A stretch of DNA of 64,000 bases from the human T2T-CHM13v2.0 reference genome, Homo sapiens. Numbering within the stretch: the first letter of the stretch is position 1; every line of letters begins with the position of its first letter. Under the pieces are notes generated by a model, which was given only the letters and a program-made list of their open reading frames with translations, made no database searches and was not told the origin of the DNA. The position numbers and the translations under genes were made by a program. Shown one piece after another: positions 1-12,099 of the stretch. Where the stretch lies: NCBI RefSeq assembly GCF_009914755.1, contig NC_060925.1; one strand, written 5' to 3'.

Positions 1-190
1 CAGATCCCTTGTATGTGATGAATCATTTTTGCTGGCTGCTTTTGGGATTCATTTTTATCTTTGACAGTTTGACTAATACATGTGTAGGTGTGTACCTCTT
101 TCAGCTTATTCTACTTGGAGTTGTTGAGCTTTTTTGATGTGTAGATTAAGATTTTCATCAGTTTGGGACATTTTCTGCCATTATTTTTTC
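1..190 (-). mobile_element. Ancient L1M ORF1 fragment, running off the left edge of the window
   Basis: The reverse complement starts GAAAAAATAATGGCAGAAAATGTCCCAAAC (EKIMAENVPN), matching L1 ORF1 'EEIMAENFPNL'. Confidence 0.8.
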
Positions 191-260
191 ACATACCAAT
201 ATATGTACCATGGGAGTCCTAGAAGGAGAGGAGAGAGAAACAAAAGGACATAAAGAATAT
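191..260 (+). mobile_element. Inverted 5' segment of the same L1M ORF1
   Basis: Translates as TNICTMGVLEGEERE, matching the L1 ORF1 'NIRIIGVPEGEE' motif. Confidence 0.75.
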
Positions 261-262
261 AT

Positions 263-387
263 ATGTCCTAAGAATTTTCAATACCATTTACTAACTATTA
301 GATAGAAGTAATAGTTTTTTCTCCCCCTTATTAATCTCTTTTTTCTTCTACTTAATCATTAAGAAATATCGCCTTTTATAATAGTCA
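263..387 (+). repeat. Copy A of a ~125-bp local direct duplication (copy B at 2345-2475)
   Basis: Direct alignment of the core 272-387 against 2354-2475 gives 1 substitution and 3 short indels. Confidence 0.95.
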
Positions 388-838
388 CTAATATGTGACT
401 ATTTATAATCAAAAATAATATGAGAATCAATCATATGCAAGTTGATATAATACGACACAATTTGCCAGAGAGAAGTTATACAGAAGGAGGAAATAAGAAG
501 AAGAAGAGCAAGTTGAGTGTTCTATGGTTTTGTCAGCTTTGTCCCTTCCAATTTGCTAAAGCTTATGTGGTTTCCTTTACTATAGTGAATATGTGAGGGG
601 AAGAAGCTTGAAACAAGGAGGTCCTGTTATATGCCAATATTGATCTATAAAAACTCTAGATGAAGCTGAAAAAGTTCTGGGGTAAAATCCAAGGACACAA
701 GTAATAGACATTTAAGAATCATTACATTTTCTTTCTAAGTAAGAATGTAGAAGTCAAGCTTTATATAATTCAAGAGGAGCAGAAAGGTAAGAATAACCTA
801 GAGAGAAGAGCAAGGAAGTGGGATTCTAGGAGAAAAGG

Positions 839-875
839 TTTTTTGTTTGTTTGTTTGTTTGTTTGTTTGTTTTTT
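839..875 (+). repeat. (TTTG)n microsatellite
   Basis: About 7 TTTG units visible. Confidence 0.95.
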
Positions 876-1682
876 GGCAGGAGGTGTGACAAAAATGGAA
901 AAGAGAAAGTAAAAAATATGGGTAACCCCACAAGAAAAGCAAATACAAAGGTCAAATCGGGTGAGTAAGAATAAGTGCATGAAATAAAGAGGGATGAACA
1001 AACGGGGTGGGGAATTTTCAGGGTAGGAGAAAAAGATGGGAACTTTGAAAAAAGTGGGAATAAGGGAGAAAAGGGTATTAGTACTGAGCTTTGAAGGAAT
1101 GGTTGAGGGAATTATAGAAGGTCAAATGATGGAAATGGGTGCAGCTTGAGAGAAAAAAAGAGTTACTGGGTTAGGATGACAAGAAAGGCAAAGTGATGAG
1201 GCTTTGCCTTTGACTCTTGGACTGTGTTTAATGAAGCTAAAAGCACACACTTGTTAGGTTATAAAGTGAGGTAAAGAACTATCGAGGGAGAGAGACTAAG
1301 AGTACCTGATGTCAATTCTTATTACAGTTCTTTAAGATTTCTGTTTTATCAAAGGATCTCACTTTCTTCCCACCTCATTCTACAATGTAGTAGTATTCTA
1401 ACACTCATGCACATCAAGGTACTTGTGGGAGAGAATATCCTGTAAGAAAAACATATACAACCTATAGATTTCTGATTCATAGCACATGAGGAGTTCATTA
1501 AAAACACACAGAAAATAACAAGACAAAAAACTTTGGACACCCCCCTCCCGAAGCTCATTCATGGGTCCCATCCTTTAATCTCACCAATTTACATAAATAT
1601 GAAACACCTGACCAAGTTTTCAAGTAATTTGTCACTCATCTTACCTCCTAAGGAAGACTATGTTTTCATTTAACAACAAATA

Positions 1683-1984
1683 GGCCAGGTGCAGTAGCTT
1701 ATACCAGTAATCCCTTTAGAAGGCCAAGGTAGGAGGATCGCTTGAGGCCAGGAGTTTGAGACCAGCCTAACATACAAGGACCTTTGATTCTGCAAAAGAT
1801 AAAAAGCATTAGCTGGGCATGGTGGTGCTCACCTATAGTCCTAGCTATCCAGGATGCTGAGGCAAAAGGATCATTTGAGCAAAGGAGTTCAAGGTTACAA
1901 TGAGCTGTGATCGCATCACTGCATTCCAGTATGGGTGACAGTTCTTGCTCACAAGAACCTGTCTTTATAAAACAAATGAACAAC
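1683..1984 (+). mobile_element. AluJ-type SINE
   Basis: Diverged dimeric Alu. TSD TTAACAACAAATA at 1670-1682 and 1985-1997. Confidence 0.92.
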
Positions 1985-2344
1985 TTAACAACAAATACTT
2001 GTTAACAGATATTTAATTTACTATGTGCCAGATATGTACTCCAGGCACCTGAACAACATGAAAATAGAATGTTTTGTTTTCCTCTAGCCATGTCTATTTG
2101 CTGGTGTAGTCAGACAGTTTGGGGACAAGCAGAGGATTGTGGTGTTTTTGATGGTGGTGAAAGTGGAAGGATTATCCCAGGGATAGCATTATTAATCCCA
2201 TATCATAATAAGGCCTGAGTGAAAAGACCCCTGACCTGGCAAATATCAGATTCTGCTAGATATGAAATGAAAATGAAAATTACCTTATTTTGGATACTTT
2301 GGAAGCCTGCTTTGTATTTTCCCTCCAGAGTCAGTATTGTATCA

Positions 2345-2475
2345 ATGTGCTATGAATTTTCAATACCATTTACTGAGTAACTATTAGATAGAAGTAATAG
2401 TCTTTTTCTCCCCCTTATTAATCTCTTTTATTCTTCTACTTAATCATTAAGAAATATAGCCTTTTATAATAGTCA
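2345..2475 (+). repeat. Copy B of the local direct duplication
   Basis: Near-identical to 263-387. Confidence 0.95.
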
Positions 2476-2766
2476 GTAGCTACAACTTTGCTGTCCCTAG
2501 GGCCCAATGTTTGGCTGAGGTGTCCTCACTTAGTGTGCACGTGACCAGAGCTCTGCAGTGACTCGGAGCAGCAGCAGAAGGGGAAATAAGGAAGTGGCAC
2601 CATCTCGGGACCTGAAAATCAAGCTAGAAGAGCCCTAATCATTCATCTGTCATCAGCACATAAACATCCCTTTTCTACTGGTACTCAGACAAGGCAGGCT
2701 TGCTTGAATGCACTACTTGCTCTGAAGTTCTTCATTTATAAAATAATAGACCAGGAATGGCGGAAG

Positions 2767-2768
<2 letters not shown>

Positions 2769-2798
<30 letters not shown>
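2769..2798 (+). repeat. (GT)15 microsatellite
   Basis: Perfect dinucleotide run. Confidence 0.97.
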
Positions 2799-2799
<1 letters not shown>

Positions 2800-4314
2800 C
2801 ATATGTGTGTATAATGTACATCTCTTCTTTGACCCCCTTTGGTTTCCAGTGTTTGCATCATTAACTAAGCTGATTGTGACTGCCCTCTACATTTATTTAA
2901 ATAAGATAGAGTATTTTAAAAAGAAACTTAACGTAGGCCTTGGCACTTAGGGATGCTCAGTTATAGCGCCTGTGTATAAAAGCACCCAAGGGGTTTACAT
3001 GGCCAGACTTTTCACCACTTCTGTATTCTTGGCTGGCCTCCCTCCTCTGAAACCTCAGCTGGGGAGGGACCCAACTGTAAGAGATTTGTTTTCTGTGACA
3101 TTTGCTATTTGTTGCTGGCTCACTGTTTCGGTGGGGGAGGTGTCATGCTAAAGTCTGTAGGGGTAGTAGACCATGCACTTTTTGAGACTATTACTCATCT
3201 CTCTCATGGAGAATGTCACCCAGTGTCACTTCCCCCATTTTTTGGTGTTTTAGAGCCGACCGAGTCCTTGTCACTCATGCAGCAAGGAGCAGACTTCAGA
3301 GCCTCAGTCAGAGAAAGTGGAGGAGGAGGCATCTTGCTTTCCCTCCCCCTTTCTTTTCAGCATTTCTGCATTTAGGTGAGCCCTTCTAGCTGTGTGTCCC
3401 TTGAGGAGTGTGACAGATTTGCTTTGCCCTTTAGCTTTGTGGTGAGGAGTCTCTTGCTTATTTTAAATAATATGACAATCTTCCTGGGCTGTAGGGCTTG
3501 AGAAGATGAACTTGTCAACAGAAATGTCTGTTGGTTTCAGTTTCTGCCTATTACCCTGTGAAACCAAGGCACAGGGTAAAATTTCTCAGTTTTGTTTTCT
3601 CGTATTTCAAGGCCTTCACATTTTACCCCCAACATTTTAATGCATAAGAGAGCTTTCTATCTGAACTTTGATTTGCGCTTAAATTTAAACTAAACGTTTT
3701 CTCTAGATTGAGGTGGATCTTGGATGAACTATCCCTTTCCTCCCCATGTGCAGTGGCATGCCTCAGTACCACAGAGCCACTTTCCCTATGGTAGGCTAGG
3801 TCAGGGGACAGAAGGCTTTTGCATTGAGCTGTGTATGCGGGACACTGGGTTAGACAAAGTTGCACAGTTTTCCTTGGGAGTCAGTCAACACATATGCATT
3901 ATTCAGTCCTCTTATATGCCAGGCACTGCGTGGGTGCTGCAGACGTAAGGCCTCTCACGCCTCTAGGATCACCGACTTTTATTTTATTGTGTAGCATCTC
4001 TTGAGTCTGGGGTGCTAAGGAACATGCTTTGGGAAAGCCTGTCTAGCTTGAAGAAGATCTAATCTATTATTTGTAGAAACCCTAGGAGGTGATTGTATAA
4101 TGGCTTTTTATCTTCTATTCATGGAGGCTTACTGTCTAGAAGAGCTTCTGTCTAATTCGTATAATATTTAGGTTAGGCTAGCTTAGCAAGGCAACATGAT
4201 TGAATACAGACAAAGGAACTATATAGTCCTGGCCCTGTTACTCCATTCCTCTGTCCCCTCCATGTGACCCACACTTCCACTAGTCTCATTGGGTCTGAGA
4301 ACAAATCTGAGAGG

Positions 4315-4540
4315 CAGAGCAACATTAGTGGCTAAGAGCTTCAGCCTCAGACACATGTGTTCAAAATTCTTGCTGTCTTTAATTTACTGGCAGGTGCGTG
4401 TCCCTTGAGCAAATTACTTATCTCTCTCTGCCTCAGTTTGACCTCACAGGGTTATTTGCAAGAATTAGATGTGACAGAATATTTTAGAAATTATCAGTAT
4501 GCTTAGCACATAGGAAATGCTTAATAAATGATAGTTACTA
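4315..4540 (+). mobile_element. MIR SINE
   Basis: MIR core-like CCTTGAGCAAATTACTTATCTCTCTCTGCCTCAGTTT and 3' end AGCACATAGGAAATGCTTAATAAATG. Confidence 0.75.
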
Positions 4541-4789
4541 TTATGAGAAAGTATCATGCTCCTCAGATGAGCCGAAATTTTATAGCCCATTACCCCACTC
4601 ATCTGCTATTTTGGGACTTTGAACACTCGCAAATTCTCTTCATTCTCCTCTTCCTCCCCCTCATCAATACTTTGTAATTGAGCACCTACTTTGTCATGAG
4701 TCGTGTGTAGTAAAAGCATTTATTTGCATTATGGCTTGTAATCCCTCATCCTTTAAGCCTCTGCTGAATTGTTTTCTTCTCAACAAAGT

Positions 4790-5070
4790 CTATTTTAATC
4801 AAGTTATTTAAAATTGCAAACTGCACCTCCCTGAAACTCCTCATCTCTCTCGCCATGCTCTCCTCCACTCCATAGGGCTTACTTTCTAACATATTGCATA
4901 TTTACTTACTCTGTTTATTTTTTTTATTTTTTATTTATAACCCCTTTAGAATACGAGGTCCATAAAGACAGAAATATACATTTTTTTAAACTGATGCATT
5001 CTAAATTCCAATTCAGTGCCTAACACATAATGCATGCTCAGTAAGTATTTGTTCAGCAAACTGGTGAATG
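4790..5070 (+). mobile_element. L2 3' fragment
   Basis: Ends CAGTGCCTAACACATAATGCATGCTCAGTAAGTATTTGTT, an L2-like terminus. Confidence 0.6.
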
Positions 5071-5925
5071 TCATTTATTGAGCAATAACAAAAAAATTGT
5101 GACCATAAAAACACTTATTTTACATATAAAGAAAACAATTTCTCTTAAGTTATGAAAATTGTCTAAGGTGATAGTAGGTTTTAGAGTCTGGGTTTGACTT
5201 AATCTGATTTGAGAGCCCAATCCTTGATAATTTTTCTCCACTATCCTTGCCACTTAACTACACTTGGGAGTTTTCAAGAAATGATTCCTACTTGCTCACA
5301 AAAATCTAATTCCTGTCACAACTAGATGGCAGAGCTGTGTGGTCCGTGCAATAAGGGGGAGAAGGCCTCTGACTTCTTCATGTTACTCACTTTTAGAAGG
5401 GCCCCAGAGAGGTGGTGTTTGTGCTATTACGTTTTCCAGAGTGTTACCTGAGTCTTTAGTGTTACTTTGAGCCATGAGCACATAGGCTAGACCAGGTGTG
5501 ATCTGAACGCCTTTACTTTTAAAAAAAATCTTTACTTTCCTGTAACAACTAAGGTTTATAGATCACCACTCTTGTATGAATCTCTAAACAGTGTATTGTT
5601 TAGCTTTTGGGAATTTGAGTGCTAAGCATAGATCTTGCTGTGTATAGAAAGTGTAACATTGTCCCTATCGAATGACAGCTCCTGGGAGATGATAATCTAA
5701 CCAGTCTCTGGGCCATGGACTGGCTTTAGTTTTCCTGAGAGTTTATAAGAGCCTCTTGGGGAAGTCAGTGGGCATGATTACAAGCAAAAAACATGAGTCA
5801 GCACACTTGGGACATCTGGTGAGGCTGATGGATGGACCAGGCTCTGGGCATGTGATAGAAATGTGGCCAAATGGAGTGGCTGCTTTTTATGTACTGCTTC
5901 TTATCTCACCACCACCTCTCTGCAG

Positions 5926-6042
5926 GCTTCAGGGGCAGGGCAAAGCAGAATGATTCTTTGATATGAAAGAAATGTCTTCAGCTGACCTAAGCTGAAGGGC
6001 AGGAACTTCAATCAGCAAATGGTCAAGAAAAGCCAAGGACAG
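5926..6042 (+). other. Candidate 117-nt internal exon (non-coding or 5'UTR-like)
   Basis: Pyrimidine-rich acceptor ...CACCTCTCTGCAG| and strong donor CAG|GTAAGA. Stop codons occur in all three frames. Confidence 0.3.
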
Positions 6043-6385
6043 GTAAGAATCTGTACCTGGACCCCTGGCATATTCTGTACTCAAGTTAAAAAGATGGCTC
6101 AGTTGACACAAGGGTCTTAGTGAAGGTGGCCCTCACCATAGTTATTTCTTGCATCACATTATGTCAATTTAGACTGGTTGGCTAGATTCCAACTTCCTGC
6201 CTGGAAGGCAAGGGTCTTTCTACCAGTGTTCTGAAAGCAGAGTTGGGGAAGACAGCAAGAGTGTGATGCATTTCCCATTCACAATGCATGGTCTCTCCCT
6301 CTTTGTGTTGGGTCAGTTACCTACGCCCACAACTGTACATGCTGTCCCCTAGATCCAGGGACCCTGTTTAGAAAACAAATCTTCA

Positions 6386-6746
<361 letters not shown>

Positions 6747-7314
6747 CTAGGCATTCTAACTGCTACTGAAAAAAGTCCTCGCTTGCTCCTCCTTATTCTA
6801 GACAGCCCTTTCACCGCAATTCCAGAGACCTAAGCCCTCAGTTCCTAAGCCTCGATTTTCTGGTGTTAATTGGGTTGGTTCTTCTCAGTTTTGTCCGCTG
6901 TCAAGATGAGATTCAGCTTTCTCAGACCTGCTAAGTTAGTTTTCACTTGCCCATCTGCTTCTAGCTCAGAGACCAAGTTGTGTTGCTTTGGCCTTTTCTC
7001 CTATTCCAACCGTTCCTGTGGATTTATGTCTTTTGAAAGATTCCTTTATTGTAGTTTATAAGGAGAAGTAAAATTAGATGCATATATTAAATTTGCCACC
7101 TTAACTAGGAACCTCTGAAAAAAATAATGTCTTTCTTTTCTTCAGAGCTCACTTCATCCTCTTCAGGAGGAGCCATCTGTTGGCTACTGGAGGAAAATAT
7201 TCACAGTGTTCATTTGGATTTAAATTAGTTAAATCAGATAATTTAATCCATTCCTTTAAGTAATGCTCAGACTCCAGGAAGCAACAACAATGACAACAAC
7301 AACTGTGTTCTCTA

Positions 7315-7367
7315 TGACTGCTCCACTATTCTTTTTTTTTTTTTTTTTTTTGACTGCTCACTATTCT
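7315..7367 (-). mobile_element. Poly(A)-only retrotransposition insertion (T20 between TSDs)
   Basis: TGACTGCTCCACTATTC-T20-GACTGCTCACTATTCT. Confidence 0.75.
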
Positions 7368-8519
7368 ACGTTTCTCTCAAAGATGGTATCCAGACATCTG
7401 GATAAGGAGGTCTGAGCGGAGGATTTTGGCCCTTTGGGGCCCATGTTCTCTGGACTCTGGGTGATGTTTGTGTTCACCTATTTGCTGTTTGCCTTCCTGG
7501 TATTTTGTTGTGAAGTCAGTGGCTGGTCTCTTGTTGCCCCATTTCCCTCCTGGCTTCCTCAGAACCTAGTAGTGCCCTTTTGCTGGCCTAGCTTAGCCCT
7601 GTCTCCCATTGGCTTCAGGCCCTGGGGGCTCCACTGTGTCCTCCTGCTAATTCACTGGCTCCAAGATCCACCTCAGCCCCTTCAATAAGGCCACTGCCAC
7701 TGTGGATTCAGCAGCTGGTGGCTGGATCTTGACTCATCCCTGATACCCCATGGGAATCAAAGGTTACTTTGGAAAGCTGAACTTAAGAGACTCCCTCCAC
7801 ACTGAGCTTCCTAACTGATGTAGTCATATATCAGGTTGGTGTAATTATTCCCCAGATGCCTCAACAGGGAGCAGGGAATAAGCAGCCCTCTTGCCCTCAG
7901 TTTTACTCTAATGCATTCCCTCATCCATGGGCCAAGGCCTGGAATGGGGGCAATTGGAATACACATGATTAAGAGTCTTGCTCTCCTGCCTTCTAATTTT
8001 CTGTGTTTTATTAAAAATTCATGGGGGAGTGGCCTTTCCTTTTATTTCCAGAGTCATGTCTTTGAGCAGCAAGACTCTCAGGGGGTTTGCCATCAGAGAC
8101 CCAGGGATCTATCATCTCCACACGATGAGCCATGTCTGTGAGTTGGGTTCTTGATGTGGGGTAATAAAAGAGTTTGGAAAAACCCTCTGTCAGAATATTG
8201 GCTTCTGAATAATTCTGTTTTGTATATCAGAAACTGAATATTAGCACATTTTTTTCTCTTTGCATTTCTTTTGTAAAATATCCTGGTATTTCCCCAGAAA
8301 TGAACTCCTTAGGCTGACTTAATAAAAAAAAAAAAAAGCAAAAAAGTGGGGCAGGTGTAATTTTACAAGATCTTACCCACTGCAGGTGTGATGTAATCAC
8401 ATTGATGTAGTTTGAAAAGAATCAGAAACCCTGGGGCTGGCTAAGCATTCAGTATTTAGAAACTGTTTTGGACTATGGGACTGTGGTTACTGAAGCTGAC
8501 ACACTTCCAGGTTTTAGGG

Positions 8520-8680
8520 CAGAGAGGAACTATCTGAATATTAGCTGTGTGAAGTAGGGCCATTACTTAACAATCCTTCGTTTGTAAAGTTGGGTTGTTA
8601 AGATGACTAAATGAGAGGTTCATAAAACATTTATGCTTTAAAAGGTTTAGAAGGTGTTATCGTCATCGTTATTGACATCA
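8520..8680 (+). mobile_element. MIR fragment
   Basis: Degenerate MIR core (TAGCTGTGTGA...TTACTTAAC...TGTAAA). Confidence 0.5.
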
Positions 8681-8683
8681 TTA

Positions 8684-9128
8684 CAGTTGAGCCCTGAACA
8701 ACACACAAGGGTTAGAGGTGCCAACTCCCCTGACCCTGTGCAGTTGCAAATCTGCATTTAACTTTTGACTCCCCAAAAACTTAACTATTAATAGCCTACT
8801 GTTGACTGGAAGCCTTAACTATAACATAAACAGCCATTTTGTACTGTTTTGAATTTTATATGTTATTAATATATGTATTACGTGCTATATTCTTACAATA
8901 AAGCTAGGGAACAGAAAATGTTATTAAGAAAATCATAAGGAAGACAGAATATATTTACTGTTTATTAAGTGGAACTAGATCATCATAAAGATCTTCATCT
9001 TCATTGTCTTCATGTTAAGTAGGCTGAGACCGAGGAGTTGATCTTGCTCAGGGGTGGCAGAGGTGGAAGAATATCTCTCTGTAAGTGGACCCACACAGTT
9101 CAAACCTGTATGGTTCAAGGATCAACTG
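8684..9128. mobile_element. Tigger2a/MER28-like non-autonomous Tc1/mariner DNA transposon
   Basis: Terminal inverted repeats (TIRs) CAGTTGAGCCCTGAACA and GGTTCAAGGATCAACTG, flanked by TA on both sides; about 445 bp. Confidence 0.85.
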
Positions 9129-10639
9129 TACTATTCAGAAGAAGTCCATTGCCTTGATTTGAAACATTTCAAAGCTTAGGTTATTCTAGTTTTGCTAATT
9201 TAGAGCACTTCCATTCACCAGAAGCATCTTTGGACCAGCAGATTAAAGATGCAGGGAGCAGCCAATGCCTTAAAGATTTTTAGAAATAATTAAAGACAGC
9301 ATTAATGAACATATGGACAGTCTGGCTGAAGATGCCACCTTGCATAAAGGTGGCCCAAACCTTGTCAACTTTGCTCTGTTTTAACAGTTTTACATTTATT
9401 TAAAGTCTTAAGAGTTTGTGACACTTTTTGATTAAGTGGGATTAATATGAAGAGTGAAATAACTTCTGTAAATATAAGAAATCATTTTTTAACTCTTAGC
9501 TAATTCAATGGGATAAATAAAATAGTGAGCTTGATTTCTTTAACTTAAAGCAGTTATAAGGGATTAAAAGTGCCAAAAAATTTTTTAAAATACTATTGGG
9601 TTATGAACTCTTTTAGTGACTTTTATGTCTTTTTCCCTTGAAACCTTCACATTTTCTTTAATGACATCTGTTATTTTTATTATCACAAAAAAAGATAGAG
9701 AAAAGCAAAATGACAAAAGATATTATACAACTGGGTTTTATATCTTAAGATAATAAACACATTCTAATTATCACCTAAGGACTGATCCTCTGTAGGTATG
9801 CTTTCTATTTTACCAATCTGAACTTGCGGAAATTAAAACTTTTTTTGGAAATGGCTTAAATTTAAACAAAACATCATGTTAGCCTCAAGGCAGGATGTTG
9901 TTGTTAAAGATTAGTTTAGAAACACTGATCTCTGTGTATTGCTGCATTTCATCAATATTTTTTACTTAAGACAGTCTGACAGGGATGTTGTCCTTGGGTT
10001 TGAATGAACATGGAAAGATTTTGTGTGTGTTTTTTGTTGTCTGCTTTATATATATATAATCACTCATAATGTATAAAATATTCATAACCAGTTAAAATAT
10101 ACGGAAATTTTGAAAAATTAGGCAAGTTATCTTTGCTCTCCTTATCTGCAAAATAAAGAGAGGGTTTCTAAAGTTCTTTGAGCTGTGGAATTCTCCTTCT
10201 CTGGGAACTCAACCCAGTAGCTAGCTCTAGGAGGAAGTTGAGAAAAATGCTATTCTCAAGAGTAGCCACATGGTGGTGGAATGATTCCTCACAAAAATGG
10301 TATTCAGCTTCCCTGAAAGCAAAATGATTACATCCCAAAATTGAGTTATTCAAGGATCTCAGGAGACATGTGACGAAAGAGAGGAGGCAGCTCTGCGTGC
10401 TTCTGGGTCCCAGTGAAAATAGAAACATAATGTTCCTGTACACAAAGTAGTTAGAACTCTACCAAAGGCAATTCATGCAACTTTATTTCCCTTCTGACCT
10501 CGTGTTTGAAAGATATTTTTGAGTATTAAACTGTATATTTGTAATGAAATAAAGACCCTCATTTACTGTGTGCCTCTGCAATCTGTATTCCTTTAGCCTC
10601 AGTCAGCTATTTCTTGGCCTTGCATCGCCTCTAGCTGTG

Positions 10640-12030
10640 CCCTAATTCTTCTCCTTTCGTTTTCAGCTAAGTAAACTGTATTCATGACTGTAATTCATTT
10701 ACACTTCAACACATCACGGTTCGGAGCCTAGACTCACTTCTAAAGGTCACCAATGAACTTTGTATTGCGAAACCCAAGGATGCTTTCTCAGTCCGTATCT
10801 TACGCCCTATCTTAAAACCCTCTGGTTTAGTTTCTTGACTCCAATCTGTCCTGGCATTCCTCTTGCTTCTTTGAGTGATTTCTTTCTTGTCTTTTGGGGC
10901 TCTTCCTCTTCTGTGTGTCCAGTAACTACAATACCCCAGGTTTCTAACATTACCCCAAAGTCTCCATTTCTTTACATACTTTGCTTGAGGAATTTCATCC
11001 TTGTCATTGTTTCATTTATAACTGGAATGACAACTAATGTCAAACTTAATCTTTACCCTAGAACTCATATGTAATCTTTAGCTTGATATGTCCCAGAAGA
11101 ATCTCAAACTCAACATACCTGGAACTGTCTTCATTGTTGTTCTCTGTTCACCAATGGTTCCTTTATTTCTAGCTTAATTACTGGCATAACCATCTTGTTA
11201 CCCAAACCAGAGATTAAATAATTATGTAAGACTTCTCATTGTCCTGGGCCTTCTACATCTAGGCAATCAGCAAGGTCTAATGGTTTTAGCTCATAACTAT
11301 TTTTTAAATCTGTTTTCAGGCTCATCCCCAATAACGATTTCCTTACTTAGGTCCTTGTCCTCTCCTTGGAACATCGCAATCTGTAGTTTCCTTTCTCCTG
11401 ACTTGCTTCCCTTAAATCTGGTCTCTACAACGTACGGAGCATAGTTTTTCTAAAAGCAAAACCCAATCATTTAACCTCCTTGTGTAAACATTTTTAATGG
11501 TTCTTCATCATTTACAGATTAGAGTACAAAGTTCTTAATATAGTTTACAAAACCCCAAATGCCTGGCTTAGTCTCTCCAGTCACTTCCCATCTCATCTCT
11601 CACCAGTTCTTGTTTCACAACATTATAGTCTAGTGCTACCAGGCTTCTAGTTCCTCACCTCCTTCCCACTGTTTATGTCTCTGCATTCATTTATTTTGTT
11701 CCCTTTGTCTCAAATTTCTTTCCCGCTTTTGTCTTGGTAGCTCTTGCTCATCTTTAACATTCTTATCACATGATGTCTCAACTAGGACTCTTTCCTTGAA
11801 TCCTCAGCTAGACTAAATGCCCATCCTTCTCATTCTCACAGCATGTGTTTATCTCCATCTTAGAACTTGACAGCTTTTAATGCAATTGTATGTTTATATA
11901 TTTTGTACCCTCCAATAAGCAAGAGTCCCTTAAAAAGAGAGATCACATCTATTTGTTTTTCTTGTTCCCAGTTCCTAGTCTGGGGCTTAGTGCATAATGA
12001 ATATTCAATAAATTTTTGTTGAATAGAATT
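10640..12030 (+). mobile_element. L2 LINE, degraded 3' portion
   Basis: L2-like text (CATCTCAAACTCAACAT-like) and terminus TTCAATAAATTTTTGTTGAAT. Confidence 0.7.
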
Positions 12031-12099
12031 TAATATTTTTGCGGCTTAGAGTCCCTGAGGGTGCTCTATGAAGTCTACTCCAGTTCTAAGAAAACTAAA

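Larger units (their letters stand above)
2260..2990 (+). promoter_or_regulatory. Candidate myeloid/immune-type enhancer or promoter
   Basis: GAAAATGAAA (IRF-like) 2269-2278; CCAAT 2504-2508; CACGTGACC E-box 2538-2546; AAATAAGGAAGTG (PU.1/ETS) 2584-2596; TATAAAAG 2975-2982. Motif evidence only. Confidence 0.35.
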
